Source of the DNA: a virus | Virus record (IMG/VR): IMGVR_UViG_3300031414_000009 | Span: 102,152 to 166,151 of that record | DNA: 64,000 nt | Direction: 5' to 3' (one strand) | Part shown: positions 9,529 through 18,117 of the stretch, piece after piece | Numbering within the stretch: the stretch's first letter is position 1 | Layout of the letters: the number at the start of each line of letters is the position of its first letter | The notes under the pieces: model-generated | Seen by the model: the letters and a program-made list of their open reading frames with translations, nothing else | The model's database searches: none | Told to the model about the DNA's origin: nothing | Program-made: the position numbers and the translations under genes

Positions 9529-10434
9529 ATGCTTGCTCGTAACTATTGGAGTTCCAAGTTTATTGACCGACTCCTGACGACCACGTCGTCAAACAACGGC
9601 ATGACAACAATGACAACTGATAATGTCATTGTATCCAAACCAGCGGTTTTAAATGGCACGTGGCATCAGGCCACCACCGATAAGAACACTGCTGTCCGCG
9701 TTACTGGCGTAGAAGGCGGCATCTACACCGGTACTAACTACATTCTGTATGATCGCGTGGGCTTCGAGGCGTATGTGAATATCAAGGGCGACGGTTATAA
9801 AACCAAACCCATGCAGATTCCAGCCATCACTAAGAAATCTCAGTTGGTTCCTTTCCTGAATATCTATTTCGGATTGGGTCTGTCTGCCGATGAGATCATC
9901 GAAGGTGATGTGACAATCCCAAGTGCTGGCGGAGTCTTCACTATTCGCATTGACCCAACTGCTAACAACTATCAGTTTAACGCGGGGTATGACTTCCCAT
10001 GTACAACCGATGGTTATGTTGCGTCCGCAACAGTAAAGAAAGCTGATCTGTCTGGTTTAGTCTACCCTTCGACAGATCTTACAGCTTCCCAAGCTTATAT
10101 GGCGAGCTATCCACTTAGCTTCACCAAAGAGTTTGCAACGTTATCGAAGCTGACGGTCCAATCCCAGGTAGACGCCGCACTGATGAAGTCCATCAACAAC
10201 GTGATGGGCACTAAGTTCACAATGGAAGCAGGCGATTATAGCCTGTCGGGAGCGAAGATTATTTACGCTGCATTGAACAGTACTGCTGTTCAGGCTAACC
10301 CGAATTACAAGTATGTAGTCACCATTAAACTGTCCAACGATTCTGTTAAGATGCGCGGAACTCTGATTCTGCAATACAACGAACCGTTCGATGTCACTTT
10401 ACCGCCAGCCGATGGCGAGGCTATTCCGGGGTAA
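9529..10434 (+). CDS. virion structural protein, paralog copy 8
   Basis: YTGTNYILYDR, GLVYP...AYMASY, GTLILQYN. Confidence 0.75.
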   Translation: MLARNYWSSKFIDRLLTTTSSNNGMTTMTTDNVIVSKPAVLNGTWHQATTDKNTAVRVTGVEGGIYTGTNYILYDRVGFEAYVNIKGDGYKTKPMQIPAITKKSQLVPFLNIYFGLGLSADEIIEGDVTIPSAGGVFTIRIDPTANNYQFNAGYDFPCTTDGYVASATVKKADLSGLVYPSTDLTASQAYMASYPLSFTKEFATLSKLTVQSQVDAALMKSINNVMGTKFTMEAGDYSLSGAKIIYAALNSTAVQANPNYKYVVTIKLSNDSVKMRGTLILQYNEPFDVTLPPADGEAIPG

Positions 10435-10436
10435 CT

Positions 10437-10751
10437 ATGTATCCAGCTTATGTCTACGGATATCAGTTTAACTTCAGTAACGAACGCAACCGTTTGAAGC
10501 TGATTAAAGCAGGTGACGAACCGGACGTTGAACTGATCACGTCGTTGCGGACAATTACTGGTAACGACTGGCGTCTGTCAGGTGAGAGTGAATATAGTCT
10601 GGACGGGGCAAGGATTACCTTTAACGGTAAGAACGAGCCGTACATGCTGTCTAACTCAAACTACACGACACTGATGACCATTGAGTTATCTGAGAAGTGT
10701 TTGGCATTGGAAGGTACGTTAATCGTGCAATATAACATGCCTGCTGAATAG
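10437..10751 (+). CDS. stand-alone C-terminal domain of the paralog family (copy 9)
   Basis: 104 aa: AYVYGYQFNF...YSLDGARITFNG...GTLIVQYN matches the C-terminal halves of copies 2, 3, 5 and 8. Confidence 0.7.
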   Translation: MYPAYVYGYQFNFSNERNRLKLIKAGDEPDVELITSLRTITGNDWRLSGESEYSLDGARITFNGKNEPYMLSNSNYTTLMTIELSEKCLALEGTLIVQYNMPAE

Positions 10752-10753
10752 AC

Positions 10754-10814
10754 AAAAAAAAAATAAGTCCGAGTGCTCCTCTTCCCCGAAGGGAAGAGGA
10801 GTCTCTTTATGCCG
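10754..10814. terminator. bidirectional terminator between convergent genes
   Basis: CTCCTCTTCCC-CGAA-GGGAAGAGGAG stem, TTTATGCCG tail on plus strand, long T-run on minus strand. Confidence 0.75.
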
Positions 10815-11261
10815 TTAGTCGAACAGGCTTTCGAAGTATTTGCGATCCAGATCCAGGTTCGGATCTTCCTGCTTGGCAACGAACGCCAGGCCCAGGATAC
10901 GCTTAGCTTCTTTGGCGATCACTGCGCGCATGGCAGTGTCATCAACCAGATCGATGAAGTCCAGGTGTTTGCGGGTATCGCGCACATCCAGATCTTCAGT
11001 CATCGCGTAATACGCCAGCGAGATGGCCAGTGTTTCACGCAGGGTTTTGTTGAAACGACCATCGGCTTCGTAAAGACTTTCCATGGTCAGATTGTTCGCC
11101 GACGCAGCAAACGCTTTATAGACCACAGCACCACCGGCTTCTTTAATGTCGTCAGCGGCTTCACCGCTAACGATCCAGTTGTACATCTTAACTGCGCCAA
11201 CAGACACACCAACAGCAGCGATACCAGTTACTACACCAATAGAGAAATCTTTCATGTTCAT
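10815..11261 (-). CDS. hypothetical protein with N-terminal membrane anchor
   Basis: FSIGVVTGIAAVGVSVGAV; AAGGAA RBS. Confidence 0.8.
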   Translation of the reverse strand: MNMKDFSIGVVTGIAAVGVSVGAVKMYNWIVSGEAADDIKEAGGAVVYKAFAASANNLTMESLYEADGRFNKTLRETLAISLAYYAMTEDLDVRDTRKHLDFIDLVDDTAMRAVIAKEAKRILGLAFVAKQEDPNLDLDRKYFESLFD

Positions 11262-11294
11262 AATTCTATTCCTTATAACGAGTGATAGGTTTGA

Positions 11295-11516
11295 TTAATC
11301 AGGGTTGTTACCGAACAGCCAGTCCATAGTAGACTTGGAGACTGCACCGGCAACTGCAAATACAACAGTACTAGCGATCAGGCGCGCCAGTATTTCAGTG
11401 CGTTTTTCGGTATTCTCTTCACGGCAGCTTTCTGCAACAACATCTTGAGCGATATAGGCAGCAGTGGCAGCGGTGATAATACCTAGACCTTCAGCAAGCG
11501 ATTTGATCATTGACAT
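11295..11516 (-). CDS. small two-TM membrane protein
   Basis: 73 aa, two hydrophobic segments; GGAGA RBS; first gene after early promoter motif. Confidence 0.7.
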   Translation of the reverse strand: MSMIKSLAEGLGIITAATAAYIAQDVVAESCREENTEKRTEILARLIASTVVFAVAGAVSKSTMDWLFGNNPD

Positions 11517-11552
11517 GGCTTTCTCTCCAATTAGCTCTACTAATTCACTTGT

Positions 11553-11571
11553 GTGTTATATATCTGAAAAT
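11553..11571 (-). promoter_or_regulatory. putative early promoter
   Basis: ATTTTCAGATATATAACAC, near-identical to 3395..3413. Confidence 0.65.
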
Positions 11572-11580
11572 TTATTGAAA

Positions 11581-11610
11581 CGGCATAAAACGAGGAACCG
11601 AAGTTCCTCG
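11581..11610 (-). terminator. terminator
   Basis: CGAGGAAC-TTCG-GTTCCTCG then TTTTATGCCG on minus strand. Confidence 0.75.
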
Positions 11611-11615
11611 CTGTA

Positions 11616-12041
11616 TTACACTGATTTCTTCAGAAAATGCGTCACCACTTTGCGATACACAGCGTGAGCCAGACCGGTCATTTTAGCCAGACGATTTTCC
11701 ACGTACAGAGAAATCACACCAACTACCTGCTCGTCGTTCTGATACAGAATGAACGTACGGCCCTGGAGTTCTACCGTTGCACGGATAACGCCATCAGTAG
11801 AATGGCGCAGCGTTTCGATAGGAGAACCCAGTGCTTTGAAGTTACGAGCAACAGCTGGAATCAATACACCGTCATTAGTGACGATGCTTTCCGGGAAACG
11901 AGTACGATACACATCGAAGACTTCAGCGACGAGGCTATCGTCTACACCACGTTGTGCGCGCTCCTGTACAAACTCCCACGCCTCTTCAGGACGTGAGACC
12001 ATCTTCGTCTTTAAGACAGAAGCCAGGTCGTTATACTTCAT
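11616..12041 (-). CDS. hypothetical protein
   Basis: 141 aa ORF overlapping the end of the upstream gene. Confidence 0.75.
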   Translation of the reverse strand: MKYNDLASVLKTKMVSRPEEAWEFVQERAQRGVDDSLVAEVFDVYRTRFPESIVTNDGVLIPAVARNFKALGSPIETLRHSTDGVIRATVELQGRTFILYQNDEQVVGVISLYVENRLAKMTGLAHAVYRKVVTHFLKKSV

Positions 12042-12933
12042 CTTTCTTTTCCTCTTCTATAGGTACAGCTTCGACCACCAACGGGTCCCAGAGTGTGGTC
12101 AGCTGGCTATCGATAGCTGCTAACCTGTAGTAAAACTTACGCCAGTTCACGCGCAGATCTGTAACGCTACGCGGGTGGTTAAAGGAGCGATCAAACGAGT
12201 TGATGAAATCGACCAGGTCGCGTTGCAGGCGATGCATCTTTTCTTCGTTCTCATCAGTATACGGCTTGTCGTTGTCAATCTCACGCAGTGTCTTCAGTAA
12301 GGCACGTGCAGCCGATGTGGCTGCTGACATACCTTCGACTAAGAGATTATCACCCACGACATCTTTCGGATCGATTACTGGACCAAGTGCGGCAGCGTTG
12401 AGTCCGTCGATAAACTGTTCTTCGGTGATCATCGCACGACCAGTCGGTGAATTGGCTACGATCTCTTCACCGTAGAGACGTAAGATAGTCTCGCCGCCCG
12501 AGCGAGCTAACTGGTGGAACTTTTCGCGATACGCAGTCAGTTCAATTGTGAAACTTTCCGGTAACACGTCAGCGTTCGCGCGCAACCAGTTACGAATGAA
12601 TTCGTCTGATACGTAGTTACCACTATACACCGGCGGCCAATCAATCGCTGGCGGCTTAGGAAACTGATCGGGGTACGTGTTGTGGAACAGGCTCTCATTA
12701 CGGAACCGTTCCATCAGCCGTTCGTGTTGTGCCCCACCGAAATCATACTCGGTTTGTTGTGCCACGTTGTGGATGGCGGACAGATGCATTCGTAACGTTT
12801 CGTTGAATGCGTAGAACGGGTTGGTTGCTTGAGGCAAAGCATTAGCAAAAGCACCAGAAGCAGACGACGCTGCATTGGACATCGCATTGAGTGTCTCAAG
12901 CGCCATCCGGATTGCGGGATCTTTAACGTACAT
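12031..12933 (-). CDS. hypothetical protein
   Basis: 300 aa ORF, AAGGAA RBS. Confidence 0.8.
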   Translation of the reverse strand: MYVKDPAIRMALETLNAMSNAASSASGAFANALPQATNPFYAFNETLRMHLSAIHNVAQQTEYDFGGAQHERLMERFRNESLFHNTYPDQFPKPPAIDWPPVYSGNYVSDEFIRNWLRANADVLPESFTIELTAYREKFHQLARSGGETILRLYGEEIVANSPTGRAMITEEQFIDGLNAAALGPVIDPKDVVGDNLLVEGMSAATSAARALLKTLREIDNDKPYTDENEEKMHRLQRDLVDFINSFDRSFNHPRSVTDLRVNWRKFYYRLAAIDSQLTTLWDPLVVEAVPIEEEKKDEV

Positions 12934-12984
12934 GATTGTATTCCTTATTGAATAGTCTACAGCATTAATGCTAGTGATTAATTA

Positions 12985-13881
12985 TTACCTATTGGGAAGG
13001 TAAATATCCCCTGCGGTCTCATCCATGCACCCAACTACAATAGCGTTGAGTATGGGACGTTTGATCTGAATATCTAAAACGTCTTCTGGAAAAACGCTAG
13101 AGATCCAACGATCTGCATTGATGGCTTCGGTTGAGGCCCGCATAACTGACACAATACAAAACTCGTCGTTATATAAGGCAGCAACATTACCGTAGAGTTC
13201 ACGATAACGAAGTCCACAGAAGTGATGTTTATTCCATAGATAACGAAGTACCGTGTTTGCTCTCAAGTGTGAGAATGCTAAACGCAGTTGTATTTCCAGA
13301 TTACCGTAACTACTGAAAGACGTAATGACATAGCGCTCAATTTCACTACAGAATGAACTAAGTGCAATGACGTTCTTAGCGATAACGTCGGTCTTGGTGT
13401 TGGTTAAGTCAGAGATAGGTAGTCGTGCTCGGATAGGTTTATTCTCCACCCATCGTGCAAAAGCCTTTCTCTGCTTATCTGCTAACACTGGACGAATATC
13501 GTACTCCACTGCGACATGTGCAAATACAGCACTTACACTGCTATATAGATCAACCTTTGTTGTAGGGTTATCTATCGACAGCATATGGTGCACCACCTCA
13601 CCAACTTTAAACTTAGCAAACGCTACCTTTACGCCAGTCTCCAAATACGAGCCGTATGGGAACCAGAGACGATTGTCCCATACAACTACCCAATCACCCG
13701 ACCTTAGGTTAAAAGCTCGCTGCTGAGCCTTAGAGAGCGTTATAACGTCATAACCATCCTTTGTCCAAAACTCCCATCCCCAGGATAGCTTGGTGTGCAA
13801 CTTACCAAGGAAATCCCCACGCCCATTTAACTTCTTTGTGCCATAGTTGTTTATCTCACCTGCTAGTCCCGGAACTACCAT
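12985..13881 (-). CDS. hypothetical protein (AT-richer than neighbours)
   Basis: 298 aa ORF, GAGG RBS, first gene after early promoter motif. Confidence 0.75.
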   Translation of the reverse strand: MVVPGLAGEINNYGTKKLNGRGDFLGKLHTKLSWGWEFWTKDGYDVITLSKAQQRAFNLRSGDWVVVWDNRLWFPYGSYLETGVKVAFAKFKVGEVVHHMLSIDNPTTKVDLYSSVSAVFAHVAVEYDIRPVLADKQRKAFARWVENKPIRARLPISDLTNTKTDVIAKNVIALSSFCSEIERYVITSFSSYGNLEIQLRLAFSHLRANTVLRYLWNKHHFCGLRYRELYGNVAALYNDEFCIVSVMRASTEAINADRWISSVFPEDVLDIQIKRPILNAIVVGCMDETAGDIYLPNR

Positions 13882-13919
13882 AGTTGTTTCCTCTTTTATG
13901 CAAGGTTAATTGCAGGAGG

Positions 13920-13937
13920 GTAATATATATTTCAAAA
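13920..13937 (-). promoter_or_regulatory. putative early promoter
   Basis: TTTTGAAATATATATTAC, contains exact TATATTAC. Confidence 0.7.
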
Positions 13938-13968
13938 GGGCATAAAACCCTCTCCCGAAGAAGAGGGC
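13938..13968 (-). terminator. terminator
   Basis: CCCTCTTC-TTCG-GGAGAGGG then TTTTATGCCC on minus strand. Confidence 0.7.
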
Positions 13969-13974
13969 TTTAGA

Positions 13975-14610
13975 TTAGTCAATAAACACGCGTGGTTCGT
14001 AGTACTCGCCGCTGGTAGCAGGCCCAGGTAAAATGCCGTACGGACCAGGAACAAAGAAGTCTTTGAACTGTCCGGCTTTATATGGTGTATAGACCCATGC
14101 CCTTTTGATACGAGCGGTCTCACGATCCAGTACGTCCACTTGGGTCACGACGCGGTAAATTGTGCCTTTGTAACCGAAACAATAAAAGTACTCGTGTCCA
14201 GTGTCGATACGATTTGGGTCTTTACAGAACCCTATGGCCAGATTACGTTCAGTTTGGTTAGATCTTGCAAGTACGGTATTCTGGCGAAGGAATTCCCAAT
14301 ACTCTTCAACGCCCAACGACTTAACGATAGACTCTTGGTCACGGAAGTAATTATCGGCCCGAATAAAGGGTACCGTAGAGTCTTCCATGTCAGCATCAGC
14401 ACGTATGCTAATATAGCTGGGGTAAGTCAAGTTGAAAGCTGGTTCGTCGTGCTGGTAGTTACCATTGAGCGTGATAACCTTTGTGGCGGGCATGGCTTCG
14501 TATAAGTCACGAATCTCAATGCCCTTAAAAGTCGGAGGTTTGTTAAACGCACAACCCGTCAAGAACGTTAGAGATACTAACACGAACAAAGCCATACAAC
14601 GTTTAAACAT
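13975..14610 (-). CDS. putative lipoprotein
   Basis: Signal peptide with LTGC lipobox. Confidence 0.75.
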   Translation of the reverse strand: MFKRCMALFVLVSLTFLTGCAFNKPPTFKGIEIRDLYEAMPATKVITLNGNYQHDEPAFNLTYPSYISIRADADMEDSTVPFIRADNYFRDQESIVKSLGVEEYWEFLRQNTVLARSNQTERNLAIGFCKDPNRIDTGHEYFYCFGYKGTIYRVVTQVDVLDRETARIKRAWVYTPYKAGQFKDFFVPGPYGILPGPATSGEYYEPRVFID

Positions 14611-14618
14611 AACCCCTC

Positions 14619-15290
14619 CTAAACAGGTGTAGCATTCAACACAATAACACCCTTCGGCGTCGGTACCGTAATGACGACACCTTCTTCCCGCTCAATTGTC
14701 CTTACGACAATATACTTAGCGAGTAGCCAGATCTCGGCGCTTGGTATCATCACTGTGCCAGGTTTAATTGTGAAGTGTGCCAGTAAATCATTAATGAACT
14801 TATTGACCGCCGGATGTTGTCCAGGCATGTCAGGGAAGGCAACTGCTTCAGTCAGGTCAGCGCCTTCAACCACAGGGGGCAGCGCAGCTAATGCGGCAGT
14901 GAAGGTACGCACCAAATCTTCGCATTCCGCGACATATGCAGCACGGTCAGCGAAAAAGGAAGCCACGTATCCATCCCAAACCGCTTCTTCTTCAGACACG
15001 ATGATCTGCGAATCTACATTTGGCACAGGACCCGCAGTTACCCGTTTAACCGCATCTGAAACCAACAGGAGAGCAGCAGTCTCTTCCGGGTTAGCACTGG
15101 ACCCCATCAACATACGAACGTCTACGTCGGTGTACGGTGCCCCTAACAACGCTGTCATTGCGTTGGCTACTTCTTCCGCTGGAGACACGCCCTTAGCGGT
15201 ATGCAACTCAGTAACAATCGTGTTACATACTTGAGCCGCTAGAAAGGTGCGTTTCGTTACCCAGGCTTGTATGCCGAGTTCATCGCTCAT
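14619..15290 (-). CDS. hypothetical protein
   Basis: 223 aa ORF, start overlaps upstream stop (TAATG). Confidence 0.75.
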   Translation of the reverse strand: MSDELGIQAWVTKRTFLAAQVCNTIVTELHTAKGVSPAEEVANAMTALLGAPYTDVDVRMLMGSSANPEETAALLLVSDAVKRVTAGPVPNVDSQIIVSEEEAVWDGYVASFFADRAAYVAECEDLVRTFTAALAALPPVVEGADLTEAVAFPDMPGQHPAVNKFINDLLAHFTIKPGTVMIPSAEIWLLAKYIVVRTIEREEGVVITVPTPKGVIVLNATPV

Positions 15291-15712
15291 TAGACCTCCG
15301 GCGGGTAGATTGCGAAGTGACCACGGATAGTACGAATCAGATAAGAATCGTCTTCCGTGTTTGTAAAGTCACGAATGACCATAAAGCCTGCGCGGTTTAA
15401 TAGCGACATAATCCGCCAATCCGCGTAACCTTCTTTTGTGAACATTGCTTCGGTCAAGAGTTTATAGATCAACTCGATAGACTCAGCAGGGCCAGCATCA
15501 ATGACGATCAGGCCGTCTTGTGCTACAGCCAACTCTTCAACGGTAGGGTAGCTGACCGCCCAGTTAAAGTGATAAGGCAAACGCTTCAACAAATCGATGG
15601 CCAGGAACGCGCGCCCTGTACGATGCATCTGATCTGCATCCGTAAAGCTCTTCACCACAACACGTGGTAAGTTCTGCTTGATCCTTTCAAACTCTGCGTC
15701 AGTAATAGCCAT
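15290..15712 (-). CDS. hypothetical protein
   Basis: Start reassigned to MAITD. Confidence 0.75.
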   Translation of the reverse strand: MAITDAEFERIKQNLPRVVVKSFTDADQMHRTGRAFLAIDLLKRLPYHFNWAVSYPTVEELAVAQDGLIVIDAGPAESIELIYKLLTEAMFTKEGYADWRIMSLLNRAGFMVIRDFTNTEDDSYLIRTIRGHFAIYPPEV

Positions 15713-15721
15713 GGTAGAATC

Positions 15722-15761
15722 CAAAAAAAATGATAGAGGGTAAGGGGAGCCGAAGCTCCCC
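15722..15761 (-). terminator. hairpin terminator with distal T-run
   Basis: GGGGAGC-TTCG-GCTCCCC then a T8 run about 13 nt downstream. Confidence 0.6.
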
Positions 15762-15764
15762 GTA

Positions 15765-16223
15765 TTACGGAATCAATAACCCATCTGTGGTAATGGGGCG
15801 ACACATAAACTTAGTATCATAGGTTTCCGGTAACTGTTCTTTTAAACGTATGATGTTGATGTTGTATTTGAATCCGCCGGACTCAACCACCAACGTCTTC
15901 GCATTTTTAAGCTTGTTCCAGAAACGATAGAAGTCAGCTCGATGCGCCGGTGGGGTTTCAGGATTAAGGTAGTTCGGTGTTGGCACGTCGTCAATGTAAA
16001 TGGAAAAATCGCGAGTGAGATCTACCCGGTGTGATTGGAATGTCGCACCGAGCAGTACTCTGAGATTCACACTACAAGCGATATCTAACATTGCTGATTC
16101 GTCCTGGAAAATCCGGTAATGTATTTCACGCTTACCTCCGATCGTTTTCCATTCAGTAGCCAACGCTGGGACCACCATGAATGCCACTAGAGCAATCAAT
16201 AGATGTCGCAGCCATTTTCGCAT
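15765..16223 (-). CDS. secreted/periplasmic protein, paralog of 16247..16708
   Basis: Sec signal (…VVPALA), FWNKLKNAKTL, two Cys. Confidence 0.75.
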   Translation of the reverse strand: MRKWLRHLLIALVAFMVVPALATEWKTIGGKREIHYRIFQDESAMLDIACSVNLRVLLGATFQSHRVDLTRDFSIYIDDVPTPNYLNPETPPAHRADFYRFWNKLKNAKTLVVESGGFKYNINIIRLKEQLPETYDTKFMCRPITTDGLLIP

Positions 16224-16246
16224 GTCAGTCCCTCTATACGGTCAGG

Positions 16247-16708
16247 CTAAAAGCCCAGTTTGCATGAGAAGTCTGGTGAGTCGTACGCAGGCAGAGAGGT
16301 GGCAAGTTCTTTGGTGGTGAACGACTTAGTGGTGTTACCCACTGTGAAGCTTAACGACTTAGCGTTACGCAGTTCAGCCCAGAACTTCTTATACCCTTCT
16401 GGAGTCCCGTAGGTCGCGGCAGAGAATGGATTGGCGATAGTCTTACCGTCAATCGTAATACTCACTGGTCCAGCCACAGGTTTATCGTTTGCGTTATTGA
16501 ACATACCAAACCACAGTTCGGTCGGCTCGGTGTCGTCGCAGGAGATAAGCACATAGGTACTGTTGTCTTCTGACGCAGCAGCGTACTCATCGGTACCCTG
16601 TGCCCAACCAGACTTCCAGTTAGTGTTCACCGCGAAATCACTTGCAGCCTGCACGTTGAGGGAGACCATCATACCGATCGCTACCACAACAGTTAAGAGC
16701 TTTTTCAT
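16247..16708 (-). CDS. secreted/periplasmic protein
   Basis: Sec signal (…LNVQA), WKSGWAQGTDEY, FWAELRNAKSL, two Cys. Confidence 0.8.
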   Translation of the reverse strand: MKKLLTVVVAIGMMVSLNVQAASDFAVNTNWKSGWAQGTDEYAAASEDNSTYVLISCDDTEPTELWFGMFNNANDKPVAGPVSITIDGKTIANPFSAATYGTPEGYKKFWAELRNAKSLSFTVGNTTKSFTTKELATSLPAYDSPDFSCKLGF

Positions 16709-16716
16709 AGTAACCC

Positions 16717-17349
16717 CTATTTAGATTCCATTTTGTTCAGCATTTCTGAGAACAGGTCCTGCCGACCGATTCGTGTAAATGCTGCATTAAGTTGGACTAA
16801 CAGCCAAGCCTTTTTGTCTTCGCTGATGTCAGAAAGTTTACCAAACCAATCAAGTTCTTCGACTTCAGTAGATTCGGTCTGATTGTCCGAAGTCTCGATA
16901 ACGGCCCGCACCGACATTGGTGTCATGACTGTGCTTTCTGTTGCACCAGACTCCGGGTTCTTACTTGCATCGTTGGTGGCAGTAAAGTCAAACAATTCAA
17001 GTGGGGTAGGACAATACCGAGTGAACCAAAGAATCGCATCTTCGTTTAACTCGATACCGTAGATCATTACCAGATGACCTACCGAACCGCCACTGGCGGC
17101 CTCATATAACTGACCCCTGACTACGGCAATCGAATTGGTGGAGGCGTTGATCTCGTCGACTACTGCTTTAATACCGTCACTGTTATTAAAGGTACCAGCA
17201 TTTCGAACCAGCAGGTCGTTTAAATACCCGTCTGCTACGATGTCGCCTTTGAACCCACTACAGGGTTCGATAATGTGTTTACCTGCGCTATTACCCGTTG
17301 CCAGAGTAATAAGGCGAACCAACGCCATAATGTCAGCGCGATTAAGCAT
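16717..17349 (-). CDS. hypothetical protein
   Basis: 210 aa ORF in operon. Confidence 0.75.
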   Translation of the reverse strand: MLNRADIMALVRLITLATGNSAGKHIIEPCSGFKGDIVADGYLNDLLVRNAGTFNNSDGIKAVVDEINASTNSIAVVRGQLYEAASGGSVGHLVMIYGIELNEDAILWFTRYCPTPLELFDFTATNDASKNPESGATESTVMTPMSVRAVIETSDNQTESTEVEELDWFGKLSDISEDKKAWLLVQLNAAFTRIGRQDLFSEMLNKMESK

Positions 17350-17351
17350 GG

Positions 17352-18044
17352 TTATATCCCCGCTAATAAATAACTGTTACGTGTGCAGATGCAGAGCTTG
17401 TGATGGCGTGCCCGCACGTAAACCTTGACCGCATTCGAGTGACCAGGAACGTCGATACGTTTGAAGAGCAGTGGAATAGCATACTCCTCTTGTTTAGGCA
17501 GGAACCAGAACTGTGACTCCCATGCAGAGCGCAGTGTCCGACCATCTACCATCAAATTACGTACCGTGTTAATGATCAACTCACAGCGTGCATCGCGTTT
17601 GTCTTTCCAATAAGCTAAGACATTGCTTGCACCAGGACGAGGTTCGCTGTCAATCTTCTTAATGGATGCTGCGATAACAGTCAGCGCATTATTCCGATAG
17701 TCGACCTCTTTACGCAGCTCTTTAGCCAAATGCACCAATGTCGTATAATTCGGGCGATTAAGCTCAGCATATTCTTCTCTACTGTACGAGTGACCGTAGA
17801 ATACAGAGAAGAATAAGCGTCCCTCAAGCCACGATGGCATTTTGTTCTCAATGATAGCCAAAGCAGTCCATACATCCATGTCCTTGATGACTTGATCCTT
17901 TCGACCGTGCTTGTAATACTCACTGTTCAGCAGAAACGTTAAGGTCTCCACTTTGTGATGCGGATACTGATCTTTCAGGTATGCCACTGCGGTGATGAAA
18001 TTGAAAGTGTGAGTAACGCGCGCCAGTTCTCTTGAGAATTTCAT
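17352..18044 (-). CDS. hypothetical protein
   Basis: 230 aa ORF in operon. Confidence 0.75.
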   Translation of the reverse strand: MKFSRELARVTHTFNFITAVAYLKDQYPHHKVETLTFLLNSEYYKHGRKDQVIKDMDVWTALAIIENKMPSWLEGRLFFSVFYGHSYSREEYAELNRPNYTTLVHLAKELRKEVDYRNNALTVIAASIKKIDSEPRPGASNVLAYWKDKRDARCELIINTVRNLMVDGRTLRSAWESQFWFLPKQEEYAIPLLFKRIDVPGHSNAVKVYVRARHHKLCICTRNSYLLAGI

Positions 18045-18054
18045 GTTAGTACCT

Positions 18055-18104
18055 AAAAAAGATTAAAAAATAAAGTAGCACAAAAGGAGAGCCGAAGCCC
18101 TCCT
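18055..18104 (-). terminator. terminator
   Basis: AGGAGGGC-TTCG-GCTCTCCT followed by TTT and further T-runs. Confidence 0.7.
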
Positions 18105-18117
18105 GTGTTTTGTTCTT

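Noticed and set aside
3484-10751. Diversity-generating retroelement or invertible shufflon acting on the paralog array
   Set aside because: No reverse transcriptase or recombinase in the window and no near-identical DNA repeats; similarity is only at protein level.
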